A DNA stretch of 53,198 nucleotides from contig JACQXV010000027.1 in assembly GCA_016208715.1 (NCBI GenBank), forward strand, positions 1 through 53,198. Direction: 5' to 3'. Source of the stretch: Candidatus Woesearchaeota archaeon (lineage in GTDB: Archaea > Nanobdellota > Nanobdellia > Woesearchaeales > UBA11576). This document shows, piece after piece, positions 19,259 to 28,288 of this stretch; the stretch's first letter is position 1, and each line of letters opens with the position of its first letter. Both the position numbers and the translations under genes were made by a program. The notes under the pieces are model-generated. The model worked only from the letters and a program-made list of their open reading frames with translations. It made no database searches and was not told the origin of the DNA.

Positions 19259-19453
19259 TCAGAACTCAAAAATCGATTTCTGTCCTGCCTTAGTGAGCCG
19301 TTCTGCTTCTTGGTACGTGATCCGCTGCTTGTTCATGAGTGTGCGTACTTTTTCCTCAAATGCCAGCTCATTCTTGTCAGTTGTTCTGCGTTTGCGGTAG
19401 ACTACTTCAGCCACGACATCGCCTCCTTTTTGCACAAAACTTCCCGGATGCAA
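19259..19453 (-). CDS. small hypothetical protein (64 aa)
   Basis: ORF track only. Basic/acidic helical composition. Confidence 0.3.
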   Translation of the reverse strand: MHPGSFVQKGGDVVAEVVYRKRRTTDKNELAFEEKVRTLMNKQRITYQEAERLTKAGQKSIFEF

Positions 19454-19490
19454 TAATGTGTTATCTGTGATAGAACTATTTAAAATTTTG

Positions 19491-19696
19491 GTATTTGTTT
19501 GGCAGTGTCGCCAGCTAGCCGCGAGCTAGCGGTTCTTACAGTGTCTCGCACGATTCTCGGCTCGTTACGTGAGTTAAAACTTTACACATTAATCCTTTAC
19601 ACATTAATTCAAAATTCGTCTAAAAACGGGTAGTTGAAGGCGAAGCTGACAGCGAGCGTCGTGGCGACGCCGCAAAGGGAGTAGCTAAACAAATAC
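19491..19696. repeat. MITE-like element, family 1, with 8-bp TSD aaattttg
   Basis: TIRs gtatttgttt.../...ctaaacaaatac and the conserved core gtctcgcacgattctcggctcg. Flanking direct repeat. Confidence 0.85.
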
Positions 19697-19736
19697 AAAT
19701 TTTGGATTCGGGACGTTTTCTTCATTGTGAAGTCGC

Positions 19737-20267
19737 TCATGGTCTCATCCATCTTATTTCATAATAAGTTACGTCCCCTTCATCATCGACAATCCCGATC
19801 AATAATCGCTTCTTGGTTGAGTGCGCGACTCGATTCTTGGCAGAGAATTCGTACCACGTGAGATGTTCAGTCTCGTACACAGGGTATACAATCCACTTTG
19901 CATGATCCTCCCCCGGCTTAACGCCGCGGTCGTACACACGAAAGTCTGCTCCGAATTTAAGTGCTGTCTTGATGATGTACCCTCGATTTCGGATGTCTCT
20001 AAACACACAATATCTGACATAGAAATTTGGTTCTACCTTCTTTGCTTTTCGGACAAACTGTTCTAGAGTAAGCTTCTTTTTACGTTCAACAACATCGATC
20101 TTTTTCTTCTCAAGAAGATAGAGCGCCTCAAGCAGAGAGAGTTGAAGATCGCCTGATTCAAGAAGGGCGCCGAACCGGTTCTGGTTATATATGTCTCTGG
20201 CAGGATCGCTACTTTCAATTAACACGCGTTCATATTCAAGCATTCCAGTAATCTTCTGGAGGGTCAT
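19737..20267 (-). CDS. endA: tRNA-splicing endonuclease EndA (catalytic subunit)
   Basis: 176 aa. VFRDIRNRGYIIKTALKFGADFRVY and the YLLEKKK motif are typical of archaeal EndA. Confidence 0.9.
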   Translation of the reverse strand: MTLQKITGMLEYERVLIESSDPARDIYNQNRFGALLESGDLQLSLLEALYLLEKKKIDVVERKKKLTLEQFVRKAKKVEPNFYVRYCVFRDIRNRGYIIKTALKFGADFRVYDRGVKPGEDHAKWIVYPVYETEHLTWYEFSAKNRVAHSTKKRLLIGIVDDEGDVTYYEIRWMRP

Positions 20268-20362
20268 AAAAGGTAGAATTTAAAAATACTTTATAAATCT
20301 TCGGTTGTTTACGAATAAACGGCGGTAATTCAAGAGGTAAATTCAGGAGGATATCAACGACC

Positions 20363-21274
20363 ATGGCAAACTTTGAACTGACATTCCTTGGAACGTCCGG
20401 CATGGTGCCAACGAAGGAGCGCAACGTTACAGGCCTTTTCATACAGTATAAGGGGGAAGGCATTCTCTTTGATTGTGGTGAAGGCACGCAGCGACAGATG
20501 AATATCTGCGGCATCAATCGTAATCGTGTTACGAAGATTCTCGTGAGCCACTGGCATGGCGATCACGTGGGAGGCATGCTGGGGCTCATCCAGACGATCG
20601 CGAACAAGGAAACGAATCCAAAGATCGACATCTACGGCCCGCCCAAGAGCGAGCAGTTTGTGGAGCACATGATTAAGAGTTGCATCTTTGATGTGCAGAT
20701 CGATCTTCGCGTGCACGAGCTTGATCCAAAGAAAGGCGTTGAGCGTTTCTATGAAGACGAAGATATCGCGGTTGAATGCGCGTATCTGGTTCACAAGGTC
20801 CCTTGTCTTGGATATAGTATAATTGAAAAAGAACGTTTGAATATTGACACAGCAAAGCAAAAGAAGCTTGGCATTCCTGATGGGCCGTACTTGCGTAAGA
20901 TTAAGGACGGCCAAAGTATCACGCTCGATGGCAAGACAATCAAGCCGGAAGATATTTGTTACACGGTTCAACGGAAGAAGCTCACGCTTCTGACAGACAC
21001 CCTGCTTTCTGACAATTGCTTTGCGCTTGCACAAGAAGCGGATCTTTTGATTTGTGAAGCATCCTACGATAGCTCGTTTGAACACAAGGCAAAAGAGTAC
21101 AAGCACATGATTGCGAGTTGGGCGGCGCAGATTGCAAACCAATGTAACGTCAAGAAGCTCGTGCTCACGCATTTCTCGCAGCGCTATAAGACCACACAGG
21201 TTATTGAAGAAGACGCTCGCACGTATTTTCCCAACGTTGTATGCGCCTACGACTTTATGAAGGTGCGCCTCTAG
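20363..21274 (+). CDS. rnz: ribonuclease Z (tRNA 3' endonuclease, metallo-beta-lactamase)
   Basis: 303 aa. HWHGDH motif. The N-terminal FLGTSGMVPTKERN is typical of short-form RNase Z. Confidence 0.9.
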   Translation: MANFELTFLGTSGMVPTKERNVTGLFIQYKGEGILFDCGEGTQRQMNICGINRNRVTKILVSHWHGDHVGGMLGLIQTIANKETNPKIDIYGPPKSEQFVEHMIKSCIFDVQIDLRVHELDPKKGVERFYEDEDIAVECAYLVHKVPCLGYSIIEKERLNIDTAKQKKLGIPDGPYLRKIKDGQSITLDGKTIKPEDICYTVQRKKLTLLTDTLLSDNCFALAQEADLLICEASYDSSFEHKAKEYKHMIASWAAQIANQCNVKKLVLTHFSQRYKTTQVIEEDARTYFPNVVCAYDFMKVRL

Positions 21275-21382
21275 AGCAGCAGAGCAATCGAAGTTTTCTT
21301 GGCATAAAAACCGTTTAAGCCTGTTTAACCCAAATTAAATAGCACAATAAACTTTATATACCTTCCAGACATCGGTCGCTCT

Positions 21383-22528
21383 ATGGATGTTGATTATCGC
21401 GATAAGCTTATTCAAATTGTGAAAGAGAGGGGGCCGGTTCTTCCAAACGACGTTCATCGCGAACTCAAGACAAACACTTTGTTTGCGTCTGCGATGCTGT
21501 CAGAGCTTGTAGACAGCAAGATTCTGTGCCTCTCGAATTTGAAGATCGGCGGTTCTCCATTGTATTACGTTTCTGGCCAAGAGGTTTCGCTGCAGAACTG
21601 GGCAAACAAGATGCACGAGAAGGAACAGAAAGCCTTTCATCTTTTGCGTGATCAAAAGGTGTTGCGCGACATCGACCAAGATCCGGTGATCCGCGCCTGC
21701 TTGCGTCAGATTAAGGATTTTGCGATACCGCTTGAAGTGAATTATGATGCAGAAGTGGAGTTGTTCTGGAAATGGTACCTAATTTCAAACGAGGAGGCAG
21801 AACCTTTGATCAAGCAGCAACTGCAGTTGAGTTCACCATCAGCATCTCCGCAAGCATGTGCTGTAGAAGATGCGTCAACTGCAACTGGCGGGCAACCAGC
21901 GGCGCAAGGGGAACTGCACCCCGCCTCATCTGCCGCACATATGCAATCGTTGATGCCGGTCACGTCTGAATTGTCAAACGAGACGGGAATCGGTGTCGTG
22001 AATTCTGTAGAGAGTGTGAGTTTTCATCTCGAGTTCGGCGAAAAAACAGAGCAGACATCTACCGGGCGTGCCGACAAGCGGGCCACCAGGAAGGCAGAGA
22101 TTCAGGAAAGTCTAATGCACTCTCTCGATAATAAGCCGTTGGCGCCGCCCGTTCCTCCTAAAAATGATGCGTTTTTTGATGAAGTCGCGGCGTTCTTTGC
22201 TGGAAATGACATCGGCGTCGTCTACTTCGAAGTGTTGCGGAAGAATTCAGAGATCGATTTTCTCATCACGCTTCCAAGCCGGGTTGGTTTACTGAATTAT
22301 TATTGCAGGGCAAAGAACAAACAGAAGATAAGCGACGGGGACTTGTCGAGCGCGTATGTGCAGGGACAGGTGAAGAAACTGCCGGTTTTGTTCTTGACGA
22401 CCGGTGAACTCTCAAAGAAAGCAGCGGATCTCGCGAGTCGTGAATTCAAGAGCATGTTTATCAAGCACATGGAATTTGAAAAGAAGAAAAGTGCATCAAA
22501 TAATTCTGATAATGCGCCTGCAGCATAA
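21383..22528 (+). CDS. hypothetical protein: N-terminal winged-helix-like domain, Gln/Ala/Ser-rich linker, C-terminal domain of unknown function (possible nuclease-like fold)
   Basis: 381 aa. No confident family. Sits between rnz and fen1. Confidence 0.5.
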   Translation: MDVDYRDKLIQIVKERGPVLPNDVHRELKTNTLFASAMLSELVDSKILCLSNLKIGGSPLYYVSGQEVSLQNWANKMHEKEQKAFHLLRDQKVLRDIDQDPVIRACLRQIKDFAIPLEVNYDAEVELFWKWYLISNEEAEPLIKQQLQLSSPSASPQACAVEDASTATGGQPAAQGELHPASSAAHMQSLMPVTSELSNETGIGVVNSVESVSFHLEFGEKTEQTSTGRADKRATRKAEIQESLMHSLDNKPLAPPVPPKNDAFFDEVAAFFAGNDIGVVYFEVLRKNSEIDFLITLPSRVGLLNYYCRAKNKQKISDGDLSSAYVQGQVKKLPVLFLTTGELSKKAADLASREFKSMFIKHMEFEKKKSASNNSDNAPAA

Positions 22529-22548
22529 TTGCGGGGTTTTCTAAACCT

Positions 22549-23583
22549 ATGGGAGTGAACTTAAAGGACATTGTTGTCAAAAAAGAGATCAGCATAGCAG
22601 ACCTGCGAGGAAAACGCCTCGTGGTCGATTCGTATAATATTCTGTATCAATTTCTTGCGACTATCCGTCAGATGGATGGAACGCCTTTGACGGATTCGAA
22701 AGGGCAGGTCACGTCGCATCTGATAGGCCTTCTCCATCGGACGACGCGCCTCATGCAAAAGGGTATGAGACTTGCCTTCGTCTTTGACGGGGAACCCCCC
22801 GCGCTAAAAAGTAAAGAACGGCAGCGCCGGTCTCAGCTCAAGCAAGAAGCGCAGGGTAAGTTTGAAGATGCCGAACGTGCAGGAGACGTTGAGGCGATGA
22901 AAAAATATGCGATGCGGACATCCCGACTAACTCCCGAAATGGTCCGGGAGGCAAAATCTCTCATCGAAGCGCTTGGCTTACCAGTCATCCAGGCGCCATC
23001 CGAAGGCGAAGCGCAGGCGGCATACATGGTAAAAAAAGGAGAAGTGTATGCAGAAATAAGCCAGGATTACGATTGTCTGCTCTTCGGTGTTCCGCGCCTC
23101 GTGCAAAACTTGACGATATCTGAACGCAAAAAAATGCCGAACAAACTCTCATTTGAGACGGTCAAGCCGCAGCAGATCGATCTTGCTGAGAATCTGAAAG
23201 AATTGGGCATTTCACATACGCAGTTGATTGCGCTGGGGATTCTTGTGGGGACTGATTTTAATCCGGGCGGCATAAAGGGCATCGGTCCGAAGAACGCGCT
23301 CAAACTGGTCAAGGAGCACGGCGAAGACTTTGAAAAATTATTCTCAGATGTTCATTGGAGCGAGCATTTTGATCATGATTGGAGGGAAGTTTTTGACATT
23401 TTCACCAAATTACCATCAACAGACGATTATGAGCTGAAGTGGAAGCCAGTTAATCGTGAGCAAGTGTTGAAGATTCTTGTTGATCGCCATGATTTTAGCA
23501 AGCAACGCGTTGAGGATGTTCTTGAAAAGCTTAAGAAAGATCAGTCGACTATCGCGCAGAAGGGTCTTGGTGGGTGGATGTAA
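22549..23583 (+). CDS. fen: flap endonuclease FEN-1
   Basis: 344 aa. MGVNLKDIV...LVVDSYNILYQFL...AFVFDGEPP N-domain and a helix-hairpin-helix region. Confidence 0.93.
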   Translation: MGVNLKDIVVKKEISIADLRGKRLVVDSYNILYQFLATIRQMDGTPLTDSKGQVTSHLIGLLHRTTRLMQKGMRLAFVFDGEPPALKSKERQRRSQLKQEAQGKFEDAERAGDVEAMKKYAMRTSRLTPEMVREAKSLIEALGLPVIQAPSEGEAQAAYMVKKGEVYAEISQDYDCLLFGVPRLVQNLTISERKKMPNKLSFETVKPQQIDLAENLKELGISHTQLIALGILVGTDFNPGGIKGIGPKNALKLVKEHGEDFEKLFSDVHWSEHFDHDWREVFDIFTKLPSTDDYELKWKPVNREQVLKILVDRHDFSKQRVEDVLEKLKKDQSTIAQKGLGGWM

Positions 23584-23592
23584 TTTTGGAGC

Positions 23593-24648
23593 GTGTTCTT
23601 TATGCCGAAGCTTGTTTCATATGTGGTGGTTCCTCTCAAGAAGGCTCAGTCGGTAAAAGAATTTCTTATCAAGAATAATTTATTGGATCATGATTCGGCG
23701 TTCAAAAAGAATGAAGACTCCATTTCATTTCCCGTCCTTCGGGCAGTAGACGTGGTAAAAAGGAAATTCCCTTTTGTCAGGGTTGAGAATGGAGATTTGA
23801 TCGTGAAATCGCAGCGTGTAAAGAAAGGAACGCTCAAAGAGGCGCTTGCCAAGCAGCTTTCTTCCCGGGAATTGATGCGTCTTCGCCGCGCGTATGACGT
23901 GGTCGGTTCGATCGCGATTCTGGAGGTTCCGCCGGAGTTTGAGCAAAAGGCGCATTTGCTCGCTTCGTCGATTCTTGAGTCACACAAGAACATTAAGACA
24001 GTCCTTTGCAAGGCCGGAGCGCACGCAGGCGAGTTTCGCACGCAGCCGATGAAATTCCTCGCAGGAGTCGACACACGGGAAACGATACACGTCGAAAGTG
24101 GCACGCGTATTAAACTCGATGTTGAAAAAGTGTACTATTCCGTACGGCTGGGAACAGAGCGCCTGCGCATCGCGCAGGAGGTCAAGCCCGGCGAGTCCGT
24201 TCTCGTGATGTTCTCAGGGTGCGGCCCATATCCGCTTGTTCTTGCAAAGAAAAGTAAAGCTGTGCGTATAGTTGGGATTGAAATGAATCCTCGTGCACAC
24301 GAGTATGGCCTCGAGAATGTAAAAATCAACAAGGTGAAGAATGTCAAGCTCCTCCAAGGGGACGTAATAAAAGTGGCTCATGAACTTCAAGAAAAATTTG
24401 ATCGCGTCGTTATGCCCCTCCCGAAGTCTGCAGGGGATTTCCTGGACAGCGCACTTTTTGTCGCAAAGAAAGGCGCGGTCATCCACCTCTATGACTTTCT
24501 TAAGGAAGGAGAGTTTGAAGAAGCGCACAAGAAGATCAGGCAGGCGTGCAAAGAACATGGAGTCGCATGCAAGATCCTGCGCACGGTCAAGTGCGGTCAG
24601 CACGCGCCGAGGACCTTTCGGGTCTGCGTTGATTTTGTGGTTGAATGA
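23593..24648 (+). CDS. trm5: tRNA (guanine37-N1)-methyltransferase Trm5/Taw2 family (Met-10+ like)
   Basis: 351 aa. Class I SAM-methyltransferase motifs (VLVMFSGCGPYPL, ...GIEMNP). Confidence 0.8.
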   Translation: MFFMPKLVSYVVVPLKKAQSVKEFLIKNNLLDHDSAFKKNEDSISFPVLRAVDVVKRKFPFVRVENGDLIVKSQRVKKGTLKEALAKQLSSRELMRLRRAYDVVGSIAILEVPPEFEQKAHLLASSILESHKNIKTVLCKAGAHAGEFRTQPMKFLAGVDTRETIHVESGTRIKLDVEKVYYSVRLGTERLRIAQEVKPGESVLVMFSGCGPYPLVLAKKSKAVRIVGIEMNPRAHEYGLENVKINKVKNVKLLQGDVIKVAHELQEKFDRVVMPLPKSAGDFLDSALFVAKKGAVIHLYDFLKEGEFEEAHKKIRQACKEHGVACKILRTVKCGQHAPRTFRVCVDFVVE

Positions 24649-24693
24649 CTCGGCGTGTGCCAGTCATCCAAGATTCTCCAATTATCTTTTGGC

Positions 24694-25416
24694 CTATTTA
24701 AGGATTTTGAAATTATGCACCTTCTCGCTGAGAACCTGACTCACCGCGTTCTTCGCTGCATCCCGCAGCGTCGCGACGTCGTGGTCGTCGTTCCACACCT
24801 GCCTATGGTGTTTCCAGTAAAGTTTTGAGTTTGTGTTTTTTCCTTTGCCTGTGAATATCTTTGTCGGCCCGAAGATCTTGAATTCTTGCGGAAATTTGAA
24901 TGTGTGCTTTTTTCCTTTGTCGTGCAGCGTGTACCCTGTAAGATCGATTCCTCCAAATCCTGTGACTTCGACCCATTCTCCGTTGAGGTGCTCGCGTCCG
25001 CCGTTGCTTTGGAAATTCACTTTTGTGATGCGCACTTGGCCTTGCGGGATATTGTAGATGGAATAAGGAGCAGTAGTTTCTTTTAGTTTTGCCACATTTG
25101 ATTCTTCAAGCGATGCAGTGAACGCTTTGCTTGCTCCAATTGTGGGGTCAAGCCGTAATGCTTGTTCAGGAATCTTTCGTTCTTCAAGTTTTTTGATTCG
25201 CTCACTGAGGTAGTTGAGAGTCTCCTGGTGCGCTAGGAAAATTCTTTGCTGCGCTCCAAGCTGTGTGTGCAGCGAATCCGTGCTGATCTTGTCCAGGTGC
25301 CCGCGTAGCGTATCCATCCGCGCATTCAGTTCCCTGACATCATGTTTGATATTGTTGAAGGATTGCGAAAGAAGATCATTGAGTTTCTTGAATTCGTGCG
25401 TTGGACTGGTTGCCAT
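24694..25416 (-). CDS. lamin-tail-domain (LTD) protein with an N-terminal coiled coil; no signal peptide
   Basis: 240 aa. The C-terminal NGEWVEVTGFGGIDLTGYTLHD...LYWKHHRQVWNDDHDVATLRD matches the LTD consensus (EWVEI.N.G..DLSGW.L.D....VWNN.GD). Confidence 0.7.
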   Translation of the reverse strand: MATSPTHEFKKLNDLLSQSFNNIKHDVRELNARMDTLRGHLDKISTDSLHTQLGAQQRIFLAHQETLNYLSERIKKLEERKIPEQALRLDPTIGASKAFTASLEESNVAKLKETTAPYSIYNIPQGQVRITKVNFQSNGGREHLNGEWVEVTGFGGIDLTGYTLHDKGKKHTFKFPQEFKIFGPTKIFTGKGKNTNSKLYWKHHRQVWNDDHDVATLRDAAKNAVSQVLSEKVHNFKILK

Positions 25417-25696
25417 AACCTCCCACGAATAGTATGAGCCTTATAAATATTTTCATCAGGAAGTGACAAAAACGCGAGCAACATATTTAAATGCCTGGTG
25501 TTTTCCTGTCTTTTAGGCAGTAAAGCCAAGGAGTGCAACATAGCGATGATTAAGTGAACACCAAGGTAGCCGAAAGGCGATGACCGTTGGATGTAACTGC
25601 TGAGCGATGCATAGATCCTTGGGAAGATACAACACCTACAGCGGTACGGCGGCGGGCTCGATTACTTGCTCTTCGGACGGATGGGTCCCGTTTACG

Positions 25697-27049
25697 TCAG
25701 ACGAGCTTCACAAACTCTGCATTCCTCATGATGTGGACGTTCTTGCGGTCCCATCCCATCTCGTACGCCAAACTTGCAAGGTTCTTCGTCATCAACAGCG
25801 GGCCATGTGATGGGATGATGTGTTTTGGTCGTAGCATCTTGAGCATGTCGCGGTGGTCTTCACGTGATGCGTGTCCTGAGACATGGATGTCTTTGAAGAT
25901 GCGTACGCCCATCTCGTGCAGTTTTTTCTCAAGATGTTGTCGATTGAACGCGTTCACCGGTGTAGGGATGACTGTGCAGGAGAAGACAATATGATCTTCA
26001 CGTCGGAATTTGTAGTCGTACTCTCCGTTTGCGATGCGAGATAGCACCGATTGCGGTTCTCCCTGGTGTCCGGTGCATACTACTAAGTATTTTTCAGGAT
26101 GTTCTGCTATGATGCGCAGCTTCTTCTTGATCTTTTTTTTGTACTGGACAAGTTCCACCTGATCAGTGAACTTGACGATGCCGCACGATTCTGCAGCAAG
26201 GACGTATTTTCCAAGCGAGCGGCCTAAGAATACGACCTTGCGGTTCATCTTGCGTCCAAGTTCAATGATGCTCTTGAGTCGCGCTATGTGGGACGAGAAG
26301 GTAGTCACCACAACTGTTTTGCCTGTGCTGTCAACGTCGATAAGGACATCGCTGAGCATTTCCTTTGCGACCTTCTCTGATGGCGTTTTTTGTGCCAACA
26401 TCGCACGCGTCGAATCCATGATAGCGCACAGAACGCCTTCATTACCGAGTTTTTGCAGCCGTTCGTACGGCGGAGTCTTTCCAAGCAGCGGGTGATCATC
26501 AAGTTTGAAATCATTGCAGTAGAGTATTGCGCCGTATGGCGTGTGCACGACAACCATGACAGTCTGTGGCGTCGAATGTGTCATGTGCACGAATTCTATG
26601 GTGATCTTGTCTGACAGCTTGAATCGCGCTCCTGCATCGTGGACGGTGATGTCATTCTTGAGCTTGATTTTCTCATCGCGGCAGATCGCCCTGATGACTG
26701 CTGCGGTGAATGGCGTGCAGTAGATGGTCGCATCGAATCGATTTGATAGGAATGCCACTGCCCCCACATGGTCTAGGTGCGCGTGCGAGGGGATGATCGC
26801 GATCACCTCATTTATCCAGTGCTTCATTGGATTAACGTCAGGGATTGCTCCGATGCGCGTGAGCGCTGCTGCAGAAAGATCGCATTTCTCCTCCCCTTCC
26901 GTGTACTTGACATACGGGTCAAGATGCAGGCCCATGTCTGTGATGACGACCTCATCATCGACCCTGATCGCAGTCATGTTGCGGCCGACTTCGTCGTAGC
27001 CGCCGACGGTGCAGATTTCGATGCCCATATCATTCATCTCCTTTTTCAC
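25697..27049 (-). CDS. rnj: ribonuclease J (archaeal beta-CASP metallo-beta-lactamase RNase)
   Basis: 450 aa. HAHLDHVGA motif and beta-CASP motifs. Length and N-terminus are typical of archaeal RNase J. Confidence 0.88.
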   Translation of the reverse strand: MKKEMNDMGIEICTVGGYDEVGRNMTAIRVDDEVVITDMGLHLDPYVKYTEGEEKCDLSAAALTRIGAIPDVNPMKHWINEVIAIIPSHAHLDHVGAVAFLSNRFDATIYCTPFTAAVIRAICRDEKIKLKNDITVHDAGARFKLSDKITIEFVHMTHSTPQTVMVVVHTPYGAILYCNDFKLDDHPLLGKTPPYERLQKLGNEGVLCAIMDSTRAMLAQKTPSEKVAKEMLSDVLIDVDSTGKTVVVTTFSSHIARLKSIIELGRKMNRKVVFLGRSLGKYVLAAESCGIVKFTDQVELVQYKKKIKKKLRIIAEHPEKYLVVCTGHQGEPQSVLSRIANGEYDYKFRREDHIVFSCTVIPTPVNAFNRQHLEKKLHEMGVRIFKDIHVSGHASREDHRDMLKMLRPKHIIPSHGPLLMTKNLASLAYEMGWDRKNVHIMRNAEFVKLV

Positions 27050-27108
27050 GTAAACTGATTGTGTTTTCTCTGCGGTTGTGCTCTTCTAAGGTTTTTCTAT
27101 AATAAAAA

Positions 27109-27190
27109 ATGAGGGGGTAGGGATTTGAACCCTAGTAGGCACTAAGCCATTCGCTCTTGAGGCGAACCCGTTTGGCCACTCCGGCACCCC
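27109..27190 (-). tRNA. tRNA-Leu (anticodon CAA), long variable arm
   Basis: The reverse complement gives gggggtg..ccggagtggcc..anticodon loop ctcaaga..long variable arm..agggttcaaatcccta. One acceptor mismatch. Confidence 0.8.
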
Positions 27191-27240
27191 CTCTCGCGGA
27201 TTTCACAACAGAATAACGGTATATAAATTTCACGCTTTGG

Positions 27241-27401
27241 AGGGCTCTGTCCCGAATATCGCTTTTGCGCTGCCGCTGCACCACTCACGCTGCACCGCTC
27301 GCTGTGAATATGCTTGTCATCTTGTCGCTGAGAGTATGTTTAACAAACCCGTTTATCGCTTCAGCTCGCAGGGTTGCAGTGGCACAATTCGGGACAGAGC
27401 C
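27241..27401. repeat. MITE-like element, family 2 (TIR gggctctgtcccgaat...attcgggacagagcc)
   Basis: 14-bp perfect terminal inverted repeats. Copies at 33042, 50518 and 12731, with fragments at 38621 and 38886. Flanking tttgga/ttttggag direct repeat. Confidence 0.85.
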
Positions 27402-27652
27402 GTTTTGGAGTTTATTCTAAGAGTCTATCTCGGTAGGTCGGATCGAACATGGGAAACAAGATGCAAGCAGTGCAAGGCGCGAGGAAGGAGATAGCCAGAG
27501 GCTATGTGACTGACGAAGCAACGCAGCAATGCGCTGCGGATTGTTTGCCAGGCGATGAGAGCACCTATCGAGAGGCTCTAAATCTTTGTACGCACACAAA
27601 ACGCGATAAAAGCAGCTATCGATTCAATAACATGTTTTAAGAAAACAGCGCC

Positions 27653-28024
27653 TTAACTGATGTTTTTCATTTTGGATTCGATGCGCGCAAGCTCTGCTTC
27701 AAGTTTGTCAAGGTCTGTCACGTGTTCTACGCTAATTTTTTCTGCAACGAGTTGTTGTGTCGCATGTTTCTTGCCTTGCTCGTGTTTTTCAGGAAGCTTG
27801 GTTTGTGCTGCAGGAAGGTAGGTGTGGAGTTTGGTCATCAGCAAGGTAATGTCTCGGTTGAGGGCTCGCAGTTTCACGATGGTTTCAAGTTTCTTTGCAC
27901 GGATGGTCTTGAAGCGTTCGTAGCGCTGTAATAGAACGACGATCTGTTTCGAGCAGCCCAAAAGTGTTCGTCGCAGAGCCACTGGATCGTGAACTTGGAT
28001 GAAAAGGAGGTCTTGATCGCTCAT
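27653..28024 (-). CDS. hypothetical protein, paralogue C of a tandem triplet (shared F-x-V/I-D-x-Y...L domain plus a coiled coil)
   Basis: 123 aa; LLFIQVHDPVALRRTLL motif. Confidence 0.55.
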   Translation of the reverse strand: MSDQDLLFIQVHDPVALRRTLLGCSKQIVVLLQRYERFKTIRAKKLETIVKLRALNRDITLLMTKLHTYLPAAQTKLPEKHEQGKKHATQQLVAEKISVEHVTDLDKLEAELARIESKMKNIS

Positions 28025-28034
28025 GGTTTTAGTA

Positions 28035-28277
28035 TTATTGGTTCTCTGGTTCTAGGAGCGCATGATCAATGAACTCCACTTTATGTTCTACGTCCGTAAT
28101 CTCATTGTACCAGAGTTCGAGTTCGTGGTCTTCTTGCGCCTTGAGATCGTTTATTTGGCTGATTGTTGCTCGTGCTTCTGTGAGTTTGTTCTTGATAAGG
28201 TCAACGACGTCAAGAACATCTTTGTAGTCGTCGATCTTGACAAAGACTGCTGTTTGTTTTTCTTCCATGGAATTCAC
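28035..28277 (-). CDS. hypothetical protein, paralogue B of the tandem triplet
   Basis: 80 aa; AVFVKIDDYKDVLDVVDLIK motif. Confidence 0.55.
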   Translation of the reverse strand: MNSMEEKQTAVFVKIDDYKDVLDVVDLIKNKLTEARATISQINDLKAQEDHELELWYNEITDVEHKVEFIDHALLEPENQ

Positions 28278-28288
28278 ACTCGTCCGGT

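Noticed and set aside
27237-27494. ORFs translated from repeat elements: 27237-27494, 12678-12983, 12829-13023, 33159-33401, 39970-40185, and the N-terminus of 37788-38741
   Set aside because: They coincide with MITE-like repeats or palindromic DNA. The same 'protein' would recur at each copy in different frames and lengths. No start context was found.
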